A stretch of DNA of 64,000 nucleotides from an uncultured Pseudomonadota bacterium (GTDB lineage: Bacteria > Pseudomonadota > Alphaproteobacteria > Rs-D84): NCBI GenBank assembly GCA_902793435.1, contig CADBDF010000002.1:71623-135622 (forward strand). The letters run 5' to 3'. The notes beneath the pieces are model-generated. The model was not told the origin of the DNA, did no database searches, and worked only from the letters and a program-made list of their open reading frames with translations. The position numbers and the translations under genes were made by a program. Below, piece after piece: positions 1 to 8,437 of this stretch (within the stretch, counting starts at the first letter, position 1; each line of letters opens with the position of its first letter).

Positions 1-1
1 A

Positions 2-817
2 GATAATATTAAAAATGTTGATGGAACTTCTGCGGTGAAAGAGCGTGTGTTATCAACATTGCAATCAACACAAAATAAAATCAATCAAAAGATTGCTTTG
101 CTGACGTCCGATTCCAAAATTATGATGTGTGTTAATGGGCGCGATATGAAACAAATTCGTGGGCGTGAATCCAAGACAGAAGCACGATTCCCTAATTTGT
201 TGGATTCGTCAATTATGGCAATTATAAATTCTGGGTTAGAAAAGGCTGGAAAGAATTATGCTAAAAAATATGATGAATTGCTTGCCAAGGCAATGGAAGA
301 GCAAGGCGATGAAAAGAAAGCGGCTTTGTGTGCGGCAATGGCAGAAGATAGTTCGTCTGTAAATAAAATTATTAATTTTTCTGGGGTTGTGTCGAAACTG
401 GGGGTTAATGGTGGTGGATATGAGGTTCGGCATGTGATTGATGGTATGACGATGAATCAATTGATGGCACAGCAAAAATCTGGAACAGGTTCGTATATTC
501 AGACTGATAACAATGGAAATATGGTGAGTCAAGTTGTTATGAAGGCGATGTATTCTGCTGAGACTAATACTTGTAAAGTAACTACTACTACTCAAGTGTG
601 TGAAAGTATGAAAGATGTTTATAATACATCGTCCAGTTCTTGCGGTGGTGGTGGAATAAGTCTTTCTACATGGGGTAGAGATGATTGTGGTAATGCTTCT
701 GTATTAGGCTTAAAGATTGGTGGTGGAGGCAAAGTAGAATCTTCAAAAACATTTAGTGGAACGGTGTGTACGAAAATGACGGCACCAGTTACCAAAACCG
801 AAGATATTAAAATGTAA
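2..817 (+). CDS. C-terminal part (5' end lies outside the window) of a cysteine-rich secreted-protein paralog related to the 45748..48219 product
   Basis: The frame is open from base 2. The segment IMMCVNGRDMKQIRGRESKTEARFPNLL parallels IQYCITGRNLDQITGKKGEKTTARFPNLL of the 45748 protein. The C-terminus is Cys-containing and ends in IKM, compared with VKM. A hairpin terminator follows. Confidence 0.6.
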   Translation, partial: DNIKNVDGTSAVKERVLSTLQSTQNKINQKIALLTSDSKIMMCVNGRDMKQIRGRESKTEARFPNLLDSSIMAIINSGLEKAGKNYAKKYDELLAKAMEEQGDEKKAALCAAMAEDSSSVNKIINFSGVVSKLGVNGGGYEVRHVIDGMTMNQLMAQQKSGTGSYIQTDNNGNMVSQVVMKAMYSAETNTCKVTTTTQVCESMKDVYNTSSSSCGGGGISLSTWGRDDCGNASVLGLKIGGGGKVESSKTFSGTVCTKMTAPVTKTEDIKM

Positions 818-820
818 CAA

Positions 821-848
821 AATCCCCCGAAACATTCGGGGGATTTTG
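821..848. terminator. Bidirectional intrinsic terminator between convergent genes
   Basis: The stem atcccccgaa/ttcgggggat is flanked by an A-run and a T-run. Confidence 0.6.
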
Positions 849-1817
849 TTATAAATTACTTAAATCGGTTATAACTGTTATTCCTTTGGATTCCCATTCG
901 GTGTGTTTGCTGTCAAAATTCATAATGTTTTGTTCCAGTAATACCAATACTGGTTTGACATTATGTTGTTCGGCGGCATTTAATAAATCATTAATTGGTG
1001 ATGTGCGTGTCTTGCCCGCGGCAAACCATGTTGGTTCATCCATAATCCAAAATTCAGGGTCGTTGTGTGTGGCGATAACCATATCATTGGTTAATATTAA
1101 ATCGTTATCGATTATATTAAATTCCCGATTCGTTTTTGTTAAATGTTCTGTGACATTATTGTCTATGTTTTCATTGTTTGGTTCGTCGTCATCAAAGAAA
1201 TTTATATCTTGGAATGCAGGAATATTTGTTGGTGTTAATGGCTCTGTGGGACTTGTTGTGCCAAAAGCATCATCAAAATCCGGGGGCAGGGGCATTTCGT
1301 TATTTAACTCTGGTTGTGTTGGTGTTGTGTTTTGGGTTTCTGGGTAAATGTTTGGGGTGACACTGCACACATTACAAATTGGTGTATTTATGCGATTTGG
1401 GTGACTGCGTGCGTGTAAAAATGCACCACGCATTTCGGTAGGAAAATGTTCCGGAATTTCTTCGTCTGTATCGGTTGTGGTGGTGTCTGGTTCTGGTTCA
1501 GTTGTATCTGTGGGTGTGGGTTTTGAAAATAGTTTTTCCATAAAACTGGGCATTGGAATTGAAAATAATGCCTTTTGGTTTTTAAATATAAAACTCATAG
1601 ATGCGATATATAATGGAATCGCAGATAACACAATGACACAAAATGTAAATCCGCCCAATCCATGCAGGCGCGCGCGTGATACACGAACCCAATGGGCAGT
1701 CGTAAATATGTCAAAGTCGAATAAAAACAGCAAAATTCCCCATAATGTCAATGTATAGCCGATTGTCCAAATAATCGGTGTTTTCATTGCTTTGCAAAAA
1801 TCTTTAATCCAAGACAT
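849..1817 (-). CDS. Hypothetical membrane protein (N-terminal TM helices, acidic Thr/Pro-rich linker, C-terminal globular part)
   Basis: This is a 322-aa ORF with hydrophobic helices (IIWTIGYTLTLWGILLFLF, FTFCVIVLSAIPLYIASMSFIF). I recognise no family. Confidence 0.5.
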   Translation of the reverse strand: MSWIKDFCKAMKTPIIWTIGYTLTLWGILLFLFDFDIFTTAHWVRVSRARLHGLGGFTFCVIVLSAIPLYIASMSFIFKNQKALFSIPMPSFMEKLFSKPTPTDTTEPEPDTTTTDTDEEIPEHFPTEMRGAFLHARSHPNRINTPICNVCSVTPNIYPETQNTTPTQPELNNEMPLPPDFDDAFGTTSPTEPLTPTNIPAFQDINFFDDDEPNNENIDNNVTEHLTKTNREFNIIDNDLILTNDMVIATHNDPEFWIMDEPTWFAAGKTRTSPINDLLNAAEQHNVKPVLVLLEQNIMNFDSKHTEWESKGITVITDLSNL

Positions 1818-1911
1818 ACCGAAATTATAGACAATTATTTAATTTTGTCAAATATAAAAACGGAAAATGTATAAAAATATGTAAAAAATATTTTTTTATA
1901 GCCCAGTTTTA

Positions 1912-1920
1912 TGATATAAT
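1912..1920 (+). promoter_or_regulatory. Extended -10 promoter element (TGaTATAAT)
   Basis: The sequence tgatataat lies 24 nt upstream of the ATG at 1944, with RBS gggaga in between. The same motif recurs before other genes in the window. Confidence 0.4.
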
Positions 1921-1943
1921 ACTAAAAAAAGGGAGAATGTTTT

Positions 1944-4163
1944 ATGCAAAAAACGTCTAGATTGTTATACTCTTGTTTGGCGGGATTGTCCGCATTGGTG
2001 TTTGTTGCGCCATCTATGGCGGCGGCACCACGTTCAATGGTTGCGGGCGCAAATGCGACATCGGGTCGTGTGGGAACAACAACTGCGCGTATGCCGACAA
2101 TGCCAACAATGTCGATAAATACAATTGGAACGCATGCTGTGTCGGGTGTGTCTGTGCCGACTGGAAATGGAACAACACCAAACCCAAATCCAGACCCAGA
2201 TCCAAACCCAGAACCAAATCCGGACCCAAACCCGTCGGGCTGTCCTGATGGTGGTGTGCGCAATTCCGATTTTACGGTGGATAACTGTATGCAATCTATT
2301 TTGTCATGCGTGCAAAGTGGCGTTTTGCCAAATGGATTAAATGATTTGTTTAACGAAGATTTGCGTAATTCTATTATCAATGGTATGGGATTATGCGCGT
2401 CCCAGGTGGATAGCTGTGTCCGCAATGTGCGTGTCGATTGTCACCCGGTGTATGATTCGGCCACAGATGTTTGGTTGGATTTCAATTCGCGCATTGTGCA
2501 ACCTGAATATTATAACTTTGTTTTGCGTAAAACAGGTTTAACACCAAACCAGGCGGAAAATGTATGTGGATTGTTGGATAAAAATACATACGGTTCGTCA
2601 TTTACGGCGGTGTCTGCATCCGGTAATGTGACGAGTGAATATAACAATACGGTCAATGCATATAATGGTTTGGGGGCTTCCAAAAACCAGCCGATGGGTC
2701 CAACCGTTAATACAACCGCAAATGGTAATTTGACCGGTGTTGATGGCGAACGCGGACATTATGCGCGTTGGGACGCAACCAATGCGGTATGCAAGATTCG
2801 TGTTGCGGCATATAACAAAGATTCTTTGATTACAAATTCTTGGTTGTTTGGTGCCGTTGGTGACGATAAACCAGCAGAGGTTTGGGAAGATGCCGGTTCC
2901 AGTTTTACCTGCAACAAAGATTTGTTTGACTTTTCTTTGATGAACACAACAAAAACTGTTGCGGCAACGGCTTTGCCAGGTGGCGCGATTGTTGGTGGCG
3001 TGTTGGGTGGAACCGTATTTAGTCATGGTGCACGTGATTTCGACTGCGGAAATGCAGATATGCGTGCAGAATTGCGTAAGCAAATTGTAAATAACAAATT
3101 GGAAAAAGATTTGGCAATGTATGTCCAAGGTAATGTGTTATTTACAGATAGCGCCTTTGATGTGACGGCATGTGAAAACTTGATTGATTTGCGCGGTAAA
3201 TACCTGCGTTTGAAAACCGAGGTTGATTCATGCCAAGATGCACAATATTTGGTGACAGACCAAGGTCAATGTTCGTTGTCTTTGACGGGTGTGACCCAGG
3301 TTTTGGCAAATGGTCAAACAACAACTGTGAATAATGCATCTGTGTCATTGGATTGTGATACTATCAATACATATAACTTGATTGATGGTGGTACTGTTCA
3401 ATTAGGTAAAGACAGTTATAAAGTTAATGCATCTGTGATTGCGGCGGTGAATAGATGTAAAAACGCATGCAATACCAAAGCAACCAGAACAGAAACCGAA
3501 GCATGCTCGTTTAAACAGTTGAAAAACTATTCCAATCCGAATGATGTTTATTGCAAAAATCCAGGCGATACGTCTTGCATGAGTCGTGCAACCGCACAAC
3601 AACAAGTCGCAACATTGGATAAAGTATTTAACAGATTGACAGTGTTAAATGGTCAAGAATCCAATCGTGCCAAGGGTGCTGTGGTTGGTGCGTCTGTTGG
3701 TTTGGGTGCCGGTGGTGTGGCAACTGCGATTACGGCATTTGTTGAACGCAATAATATTTCTTGTCGTGTGGGTGATGGTTTAACAACGGTTGGTTTGGGT
3801 AAATCATACACAATAGAATCTTTGAAAGATTACTATGTGAAATGGAATTTGCGTGTTGCAGATTCTATCAGCCCAACCGCACGGGTCACATCTTGCCAAG
3901 ACTGGATTGATACATGTGGTTTATATACAACGGCCGAAGATTGTGATAATGTGGTCATAAACTATCAAAGACCAAATCGCAATACAACAACCGAAGTTCG
4001 TAGCGCATGCCGCATGTCTGGCAGTGTGTGTATAGAAAATCGTTCTGTGGCGGTGTCTTATGGCGCATGCACCCGCAGTGGAATTGTGCCACCGGTTGGA
4101 CCAATTACACCGGTAAATCCAAACGCAAGTAATCAAGCCGTATTGGATATCATAGAACATTAA
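1944..4163 (+). CDS. Secreted cysteine-rich protein with a (Pro-X)n linker and glycine-zipper helices; lineage-specific
   Basis: The signal peptide is MQKTSRLLYSCLAGLSALVFVAPSMAAAP. It has a PNPNPDPDPNPEPNPDPNP repeat, many Cys residues, and Gly-zipper segments GGAIVGGVLGGTVF and GAVVGASVGLGAGGVATAITAF followed by ISCRVGDG. Confidence 0.75.
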   Translation: MQKTSRLLYSCLAGLSALVFVAPSMAAAPRSMVAGANATSGRVGTTTARMPTMPTMSINTIGTHAVSGVSVPTGNGTTPNPNPDPDPNPEPNPDPNPSGCPDGGVRNSDFTVDNCMQSILSCVQSGVLPNGLNDLFNEDLRNSIINGMGLCASQVDSCVRNVRVDCHPVYDSATDVWLDFNSRIVQPEYYNFVLRKTGLTPNQAENVCGLLDKNTYGSSFTAVSASGNVTSEYNNTVNAYNGLGASKNQPMGPTVNTTANGNLTGVDGERGHYARWDATNAVCKIRVAAYNKDSLITNSWLFGAVGDDKPAEVWEDAGSSFTCNKDLFDFSLMNTTKTVAATALPGGAIVGGVLGGTVFSHGARDFDCGNADMRAELRKQIVNNKLEKDLAMYVQGNVLFTDSAFDVTACENLIDLRGKYLRLKTEVDSCQDAQYLVTDQGQCSLSLTGVTQVLANGQTTTVNNASVSLDCDTINTYNLIDGGTVQLGKDSYKVNASVIAAVNRCKNACNTKATRTETEACSFKQLKNYSNPNDVYCKNPGDTSCMSRATAQQQVATLDKVFNRLTVLNGQESNRAKGAVVGASVGLGAGGVATAITAFVERNNISCRVGDGLTTVGLGKSYTIESLKDYYVKWNLRVADSISPTARVTSCQDWIDTCGLYTTAEDCDNVVINYQRPNRNTTTEVRSACRMSGSVCIENRSVAVSYGACTRSGIVPPVGPITPVNPNASNQAVLDIIEH

Positions 4164-4481
4164 GGCAATTCGAAATCTTGGGGATTTTGAGTATATACAG
4201 GCGGCAAAATTTTGCCGCCTGTGGTATTTTATAAATGCTGGTCGCTTGCGTTTTATTACATCGATATTGTGCAGATGGCGATGGTGCCAAACCGGACACG
4301 ACCGCGATTGCGGGTGTGTCATCATGAGCCAGGGTGCCCACAAAATTTTTCAAATTTTGCGGATGATGCTTGGGGCGGGGGACCATAAAAACGCAACGCG
4401 TTTGAAATGGTGGTGGGGGTAAAATATATTGATTTTTCATATTCGTTTGTTATGTTCTGTTTTGTGTATAAATACAATCAT

Positions 4482-4721
4482 AAACTTGTTAATTTTGCGC
4501 GTGCCAATCGTCGTGCCGGTAATTTGGTCGAGGCTTTGTAAAATAAATTAGTTATTGAAATTGATGGATTTCCGCATGATTTTAAAATAGAATATGGTAT
4601 GGCGCGTGATGATTATATGAAATCATTGGGAATACATGTGTTGAGAATTTATGATATTGATGTAAAACGTGACATGAATACAGTATTATTTTGGATTAAA
4701 TCAATATTGGTGAAATTGTGA
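4482..4721 (+). pseudogene. Degraded DUF559 / Vsr-like endonuclease-domain remnant with a GC-rich tail
   Basis: The translation KLVNFARANRRAGNLVEAL*NKLVIEIDGFPHDFKIEYGMARDDYMKSLGIHVLRIYDIDVKRDMNTVLFWIKSIL resembles the DUF559 core (xxIELDGxxH ... RDxxLxxxGxxVLRxxxxxV). There is an in-frame stop at 4539-4541, and the central part of the domain is missing. Confidence 0.5.
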
Positions 4722-4938
4722 CCCCCGCCATCGTCTTGCGACGGTCCCCCTCCCCAATGGGGCGGAATACCCCCCGCCACCGCTGGCGCTGTGGCTGGCT
4801 GTCCGGTTTGGCAAAAATATGTTTGGGTGTGGTGGATGTTTAAATTTTCCTGACTTTTCATGAGCAACGCGAACAAGACAGGACTGTTGTGATAATGTTT
4901 TTATTGTTGTAAGAAAAATACCGCCATCGGCGGTATTT

Positions 4939-6819
4939 TTATTTACAATCAGCGACAGATATTTTAGGTCCTGTTAATGCATCGTATGTGCCTATTTTGT
5001 TAATACCTTTACAGGTGACACTTTCGTCTTCATTGTTTATGTTGCAACATACTAGATAATATTTTTTCTCGAGTATATCGTTGCAAGAGTAAGCACATGT
5101 TTTAGTTTTTGTATCACAATCGACATCGTGTCCAGTTGATTTATCATATGTACTACAAATGCTTGTCGCTGTTAGCGTAGACACACATTTCAGTTCTGAG
5201 GCACTATTCGCTTTGGATGTTTGTATTGTGATACCGTTACATTTGAATGAGCTGGATTTTGTGTATTGTGGCGGGTCGACAAACCATGAACTGCTGTTTG
5301 ATCCTGACGTATTTGTTGTGTTGCTGGAACTGGTTTGTTTGGTGCATTTGCCATTGATAAGTTTTTGGGTTTCGTCGTCACATTGACATTGGTTCTTTTT
5401 CCATTTTCCACCAGAATCTTTACAATCTTTTTTTGCAATTGCGTCTGGGTCATCGATACATTGTTCGTTTTCATATTTTTTTGTTTCATCTGTACATTTA
5501 CATTGTCCCAATACGTTTAATTTGCCCCCGGCTTTTTCGCATTTGTCTTTCTTTTTCATATCAACACACATATCGCCATTTAATTTCTTGTCGTCTGGGC
5601 ATGTGCAGTTGTTGTTGTTGTATGCACCACCAGATTGAGTGCATTTTTTGTATGGGGTTAATGATTCTTCTTCGTTTTCATATTCTTCGTCTGCGGAATC
5701 TTCGTCTGTGTCATCAGGTTCTTTATCAACGCATTTGCCGTCTTTTAATACTTGACCATTTTCTTTGCAAGCATCTTCCAATGCGTCTTTGGCTTTCTTG
5801 GTGTCGATTGCGCGACTGATTGCCCCAGATGTTAATGCGCCAACCGCGGTACCAACCCCAGACCCCAACATTGCTGCAGATGCCGCACTTTGTGCGCGTG
5901 TTGCGCGATATGCGTTTTCTTTAAATGTTGTGATATCAATTCCAAACCAATCGGGTGTGCAATCAAATAATGAACCTGCATATAATTTTTTCGATGCCAT
6001 TGGGTGTGTTTTGTCGTCGCCTGCAAAAAAGTTCGCGGTAAATACACAGTCCAAAGATCTGTCGTCAAACAGGGCGCCCAATGTACGACATGAATTGCGC
6101 ATTTGGTCACGCAGTGTTTGCAGTTTTTGTTCGTCTGTTTTGATTTGTTTTTCTGCATCAACACGCACTATGCCAAATACATTTCCAACACGACCGCTTA
6201 GGCCAGAATCAGCCTCGGTACAATTTTGTGCGATTGTTTTGCATGCGTTGATTGCTTTGTCGCCCGCAGATTTAGATAAACATTTATTGAACTTTGGACC
6301 ACATTGTTGAATTATGCAATCGTTATAAGAATTTCCGCAATCCAAAACATTGTTGTATAACGCTAAACTGATTGCTTGTTTTTTGTCTTCTTTGATTTCA
6401 TTTGTAAATAATGTGAATTCGTGTGCGCTGCATGTTGTGTTTTTGCGACATGTGTTTAATTTGTCAGAAAAAGTTGTATCGCTGTCTGTTTCACATTTTT
6501 TATAATTTGCGCCACATGTGTTATTTATACATTTGCGTAAGTCGTTGTCGCAGTTATTTTGTGATGCCGATGATTTGACTTGTGCAGTGGCAGTGTTGCG
6601 ATTGTCACGTGCGTCAATCGCGGCGCGTTGTGCGCGAATTTTTTCGGCAATCGCGGAATCATTACTGGTGCTGTCGGTGCGATTGTTTAATTGGGTGCTG
6701 AACGTGGAACTTTTATTTTCAATTATATCGGCGGCATGCAAACGGGACTGGCCCAACATAAATGTTGTGCATGTAATTCCAAATAATATCAAAAGTTTTA
6801 AACTTACCCGTTGTTTCAT
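4939..6819 (-). CDS. Secreted cysteine-rich protein with a glycine-zipper helix and three tandem Cys modules
   Basis: The signal peptide is MKQRVSLKLLILFGITCTTFMLGQSRLHA. The Gly-zipper is AAMLGSGVGTAVGALTSGAI. Three repeats of the pattern C-x-(K/Q)-(S/A)-GG...C-x-C-(T/P/D)-D-(E/D)...(G/E)-x-C are present. Confidence 0.75.
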   Translation of the reverse strand: MKQRVSLKLLILFGITCTTFMLGQSRLHAADIIENKSSTFSTQLNNRTDSTSNDSAIAEKIRAQRAAIDARDNRNTATAQVKSSASQNNCDNDLRKCINNTCGANYKKCETDSDTTFSDKLNTCRKNTTCSAHEFTLFTNEIKEDKKQAISLALYNNVLDCGNSYNDCIIQQCGPKFNKCLSKSAGDKAINACKTIAQNCTEADSGLSGRVGNVFGIVRVDAEKQIKTDEQKLQTLRDQMRNSCRTLGALFDDRSLDCVFTANFFAGDDKTHPMASKKLYAGSLFDCTPDWFGIDITTFKENAYRATRAQSAASAAMLGSGVGTAVGALTSGAISRAIDTKKAKDALEDACKENGQVLKDGKCVDKEPDDTDEDSADEEYENEEESLTPYKKCTQSGGAYNNNNCTCPDDKKLNGDMCVDMKKKDKCEKAGGKLNVLGQCKCTDETKKYENEQCIDDPDAIAKKDCKDSGGKWKKNQCQCDDETQKLINGKCTKQTSSSNTTNTSGSNSSSWFVDPPQYTKSSSFKCNGITIQTSKANSASELKCVSTLTATSICSTYDKSTGHDVDCDTKTKTCAYSCNDILEKKYYLVCCNINNEDESVTCKGINKIGTYDALTGPKISVADCK

Positions 6820-6822
6820 TTT

Positions 6823-7680
6823 TTATTTTACCTTGGTGCATGCAGTTTTATGAAATTCGCATAAACTGTTTGCAATTGTTTTTTCTTGTGATGTTGCACA
6901 ATTATTGTTTGTGTTATTTTTGCAAACCGTTGTGACACAACTGTTGAAATCTGCGTTTGATTTGCAGTTGTTTTTTATAGAAGAAATTTGTTTTTCGCGT
7001 GCGGCCTGGTGCGCGGCAACGATTTTTTCAATGTTTTGTGATGTCGCCGATACAGTCGATTTGCGTGTTTGATTTAATTCGTCGCGGACCGTTGCAATAA
7101 AGTTTGTGCATCCAGTTGCCTTGGCAGAACATGTTGCAAAAAATTTATTAAATGTTTCGTCGTCTGGACATTTTGAATATGTTGCATCGCATTTGTCAGC
7201 GGCTGTTAAACATAATGATATTTCGTCGTTACATGTCGCAGATGTTTTTTTGTTTGTTGCAACCTTGGAAGCCAAACGTGACATGTCGTTTGTTATGCCG
7301 GCGGCGGTGCAAGATTTTTCAATCAATGGGTCATAAGATTCTGTCACATCATCAGCCGTACAATTTTGGACAATATCCAAACATTTTTTTGTTGCCCAAA
7401 CATAACGTTCGCCGGGGTCTTTTGGTGCAGATTTTAATTCTTTGGCGGAAATAGTGTTTTTTGATGTCGCGCCTGCGGAGATATTTTTTAACCCAGATGC
7501 CGGTTCGCCGGCATTTGATGTTCCGCAATATTGACAACGTGCCGCCGGATTTGATGATAAATTGATTGCACATGCAGAATCCAAACATTTTGTTAAATTT
7601 ATGCGCGAACATGGCGCCGCCCATGTTATAGAGGGCAAAACAAGCAAGCCAGCAATAAAAAATGCAAACTTTTTAATCAT
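6823..7680 (-). CDS. Secreted cysteine-rich protein, apparently co-transcribed with 4939..6819
   Basis: The signal peptide is MIKKFAFFIAGLLVLPSITWA. There are more than 25 Cys residues in CxxxC and CxxC-like spacing. Only 3 nt separate it from the downstream gene. Confidence 0.75.
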   Translation of the reverse strand: MIKKFAFFIAGLLVLPSITWAAPCSRINLTKCLDSACAINLSSNPAARCQYCGTSNAGEPASGLKNISAGATSKNTISAKELKSAPKDPGERYVWATKKCLDIVQNCTADDVTESYDPLIEKSCTAAGITNDMSRLASKVATNKKTSATCNDEISLCLTAADKCDATYSKCPDDETFNKFFATCSAKATGCTNFIATVRDELNQTRKSTVSATSQNIEKIVAAHQAAREKQISSIKNNCKSNADFNSCVTTVCKNNTNNNCATSQEKTIANSLCEFHKTACTKVK

Positions 7681-7810
7681 ATTCTCTCTTTGGGGATATT
7701 ATATCAAAAAAGCCATAGATAAAAAAGTAAAAAAATGATTATTTAACTTGACAAAAGGTTAATTTTGTATTATATTCCTTTCGAATACAAGAACCCAAAG
7801 GAGGTTTAGA

Positions 7811-8323
7811 ATGAAAATGGATAAAAAAACTTTGGCTTTATCGGTGGCCGGTATTATATTGTTGGCTTCTTTGGCATTGAATGTCAAAAGTTGCTCGACT
7901 GATAAAAAACAAGATAGAAAAATAAGTGATTTGGAAAATGCGGATAGTGCGTTGTGTCACACAGATTCTGTATTGTTTGATAATGATGATATATTATTCA
8001 GAAATGATTCTATTTTGAATCGTCGTACGCAAGATTTGCGTGCTGATGTTGATTCATTGCAGGCACGGGTTGATTCTTGTTGTGATTGCAATAAACCGGT
8101 TAAACCACGTAACCCAGTTAAGCCACGTAAACCATGTGAACCATGCAGGGATACCGTGTATGTTGTTGCTCCGGGAAATAATGCTGAACAAAAACCAACG
8201 GCCACACAAAGAACAGTTGTTATCGTTAATGGTGATACAATCAGCAACACAACACAAGTGATACGTGAATTAAATGCAGAAGTGAAAACTTGGGTTGAAA
8301 CAACCAGACAAAGAATTCGTTAA
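7811..8323 (+). CDS. Signal-anchored hypothetical protein with a KPxKPR repeat
   Basis: The RBS aaaggagg precedes the ATG. There is an N-terminal hydrophobic helix and the repeat KPVKPRNPVKPRKPCEPC. Confidence 0.6.
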   Translation: MKMDKKTLALSVAGIILLASLALNVKSCSTDKKQDRKISDLENADSALCHTDSVLFDNDDILFRNDSILNRRTQDLRADVDSLQARVDSCCDCNKPVKPRNPVKPRKPCEPCRDTVYVVAPGNNAEQKPTATQRTVVIVNGDTISNTTQVIRELNAEVKTWVETTRQRIR

Positions 8324-8437
8324 AACTCCTTTGTTTAATGGCTAAATCGCTGTGCATGACGCATGGCGATTTTTTTATGGACTTGAAAAAAATATATGTG
8401 CTAGAATTCTATGTGAAATTATTACAAGAGAGAGTGT

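Noticed and set aside
2586-2625. The sequence tacggttcgtca tttacggcggtgtc inside the 1944 gene, which resembles scaffold pieces of the hypervariable blocks and could be a DGR template repeat.
   Set aside because: Only two short pieces match. The spacing and the remaining scaffold (tgtgcg, tgcgcg, gtccgc) are absent, and the segment is an ordinary coding part of an unrelated protein.
4150-4876. Minus-strand ORFs 4150-4440 and 4649-4876.
   Set aside because: The first overlaps the end and terminator region of the 1944 gene. The second is produced by the GC-rich tail of the DUF559 remnant. Neither has start-site context.
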